64,000 nt of DNA from Heterodontus francisci (lineage: Eukaryota), in the NCBI RefSeq assembly GCF_036365525.1, contig NW_027142279.1:744001-808000 (forward strand), in the 5' to 3' direction. Positions 62,270-64,000 of this stretch are shown piece after piece. The first letter of the stretch is position 1. Each line of letters opens with the position of its first letter. The notes beneath the pieces are model-generated. The model searched no databases. It was not told the origin of the DNA and saw only the letters and a list, made by a program, of their open reading frames with translations. Both the position numbers and the translations under genes were made by a program.

Positions 62270-62999
62270 GTTTGGTGCAGATCTGAGACACTTTCTGCTG
62301 GTTACTCTGGTTTAAGGGTAAGAGGCAGTTGTAGTTCCCCTAGTGCAGAACGTCATTGAGATGGTCCCCGCCCCTACTTTTTAAGTTGTCCCCCATTCTT
62401 TTGTTTGCTTCCTTCCGCCCCTTTCCACTTGTTTCTTCTCTCCATTTTCCCCCCTTGCACTCCACTTTCTGCTCTGCTGCAAATATCTTCACAAGCCTTT
62501 GTGAGCTTGCTTTCATGCCGAGGCGAGGGGCTTTCTGAAGGTAGCGAGGTGTTGGAGAGGGTAGGTGAAAAAAACAATGGGCGGTGCAACAATAGCTGTT
62601 TTGGGTGACTCCAGAGGTTATGGTGCAGAACAGGCGATTATTAACATCCTTTTGCAAATTAAAATCAGTAGTGGAGGAAAAGAAGGTGGATAGTTCGATG
62701 GCAGCGGAGGCGGCTCATATAACATCACTGTAAAGTGGCAATCTAACTGCGTTTAGCCTTTAAAGTGAAAAGATTGCAGAAGCAGAGGAATTGACTCATC
62801 GATCAGCGGCGCCAAAGCCTGTGGTGGCGCGAAATATAGTGGAGCCACTGCGCCGACCAGTGGCAGCATGGTGCAACTGCAACAAGCTGTGTGTTACTTT
62901 CCCAGTGAAACCCATGCTGTGGGCTTCTTCAAGTCACTTCCCGAAATTCATCCTCCTTCTCAGTGTTTCATCCTCTCCTGCAGAGGATTATTACCCGCA

Positions 63000-63336
63000 G
63001 AATTAACGATACAAATTCAGTCTTTGTCCTAATTTCCTCCCGGTATCTGTACAGATGGAAAGCAGAATAGTGAAATCTACATGAGTAAAAGTGGGTGTAG
63101 ATGTTATATGGTTAACAGCATATTCTTAACACTTTTGTTGCCAAAAAAGGTTGAACAGATTAATGAGTTCACTATCTTATATTCAATAATTGATTGCTGA
63201 TTTCACAAGTCACCGCCGCACAGTCTTGTTGAGCTCATTGAGCAATTGATCAAATGTAAAACAGTGATTGTGCCAGAATTTAAACATACTCAGCGACAGA
63301 AGGAAAATAGTACATGTCGATGAAATTGAATGGCAT
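63000..63336 (-). pseudogene. TRBV: Vβ relic: frameshifted leader (63290-63336) and intron, no V exon
   Basis: Third copy of the 59270-59670 unit; leader is 47 nt (+1). Confidence 0.7.
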
Positions 63337-63384
63337 GTTTGCGGTGGATCGAAGACACTTTCTGCTGGTTGCTCTGGATTTAAG

Positions 63385-64000
63385 GGAGCGAAGCTGAGGG
63401 AGGAAACATTAATGGGATTAGCATCCTTGAAAGTTGATAAATCATCAGGGCCAGATGAAATGAATCCTCGGCTGCAAAAAGAAACAAGAGAAGATATAGC
63501 AGAGCATCTTTTTGCAGTCCTCATTGATTGCAGATGTGGTGCCAGAGGATTGGAGAATTGTTAACGTTCTGCCTCCGTTTAAAAAGAGAGAGAAGGATAG
63601 ACTGACTACTTACAGGCCAGTCAGTCTGACCTCAGTAATGAGCAAATTATTGCAATCTATACTGGGAGACAGGATAAACTGTCACTTAGAAAGGCAGAGA
63701 TTAATCCAGGATAGTCAGCATAGATTTGTTAAGGGATGAACTTATTTGATCAATTTGATCGAATTTTTTGAAGAAGTAACAAGGAAGATAGATGAGGGTA
63801 GTGCAGTTGACGTGGTCTACCTGGATTTTAGCAAGGCTTTTGAAAAGGCTGCACATGGCAGACTGGTTAAAAAAAAACAAAATCCCATGGGATCAAGGGA
63901 AATGCAGCAAGGTGGATACAAAATTGGCTCAGTGGCAGGATACAAAGGGTAATTGTTGATGGGTGTTTTAGCGACTGGAGGGCTGTTTCCAGTGGCGTTC
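63385..64000 (+). mobile_element. CR1-type LINE RT fragment (runs off the window)
   Basis: KSSGPDEMNPR, VPEDWR, YRPVSLTSV, VDVVYLDFSKAF. Confidence 0.9.

Overview
Eukaryotic genomic DNA from a cartilaginous fish, inferred from CR1-type LINE and V-SINE content and the shark-type TCR sequences. From memory the Cβ protein resembles horn shark (Heterodontus) TCRβ; this is not verified. The window holds the 3' part of a T-cell receptor beta (TRB) locus on the minus strand. In transcriptional order: two V relics that retain only a leader exon, three complete Vβ genes (leader + V exon + 23-RSS), a ~20 kb V-D interval with a CTCF motif and a 10.7 kb 44-bp satellite, Dβ1 with 9 Jβ, Dβ2 with 18 Jβ, and a single four-exon Cβ. 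A poly(A) signal, enhancer-like RUNX/ETS/E-box/GATA clusters and a convergent CTCF motif follow. J numbering (J1-n, J2-n) is my own, 5'->3'. RSS elements for J are quoted as read on the + strand. Most short ORFs in the track are retroposon fragments or repeat translations. Highlights: two D-J clusters sharing one C, a retroposon-tail satellite expanded just upstream of only one D, a donor-less J in frame with Cβ, J segments with non-canonical FGXG motifs, and V relics that have lost the V exon.
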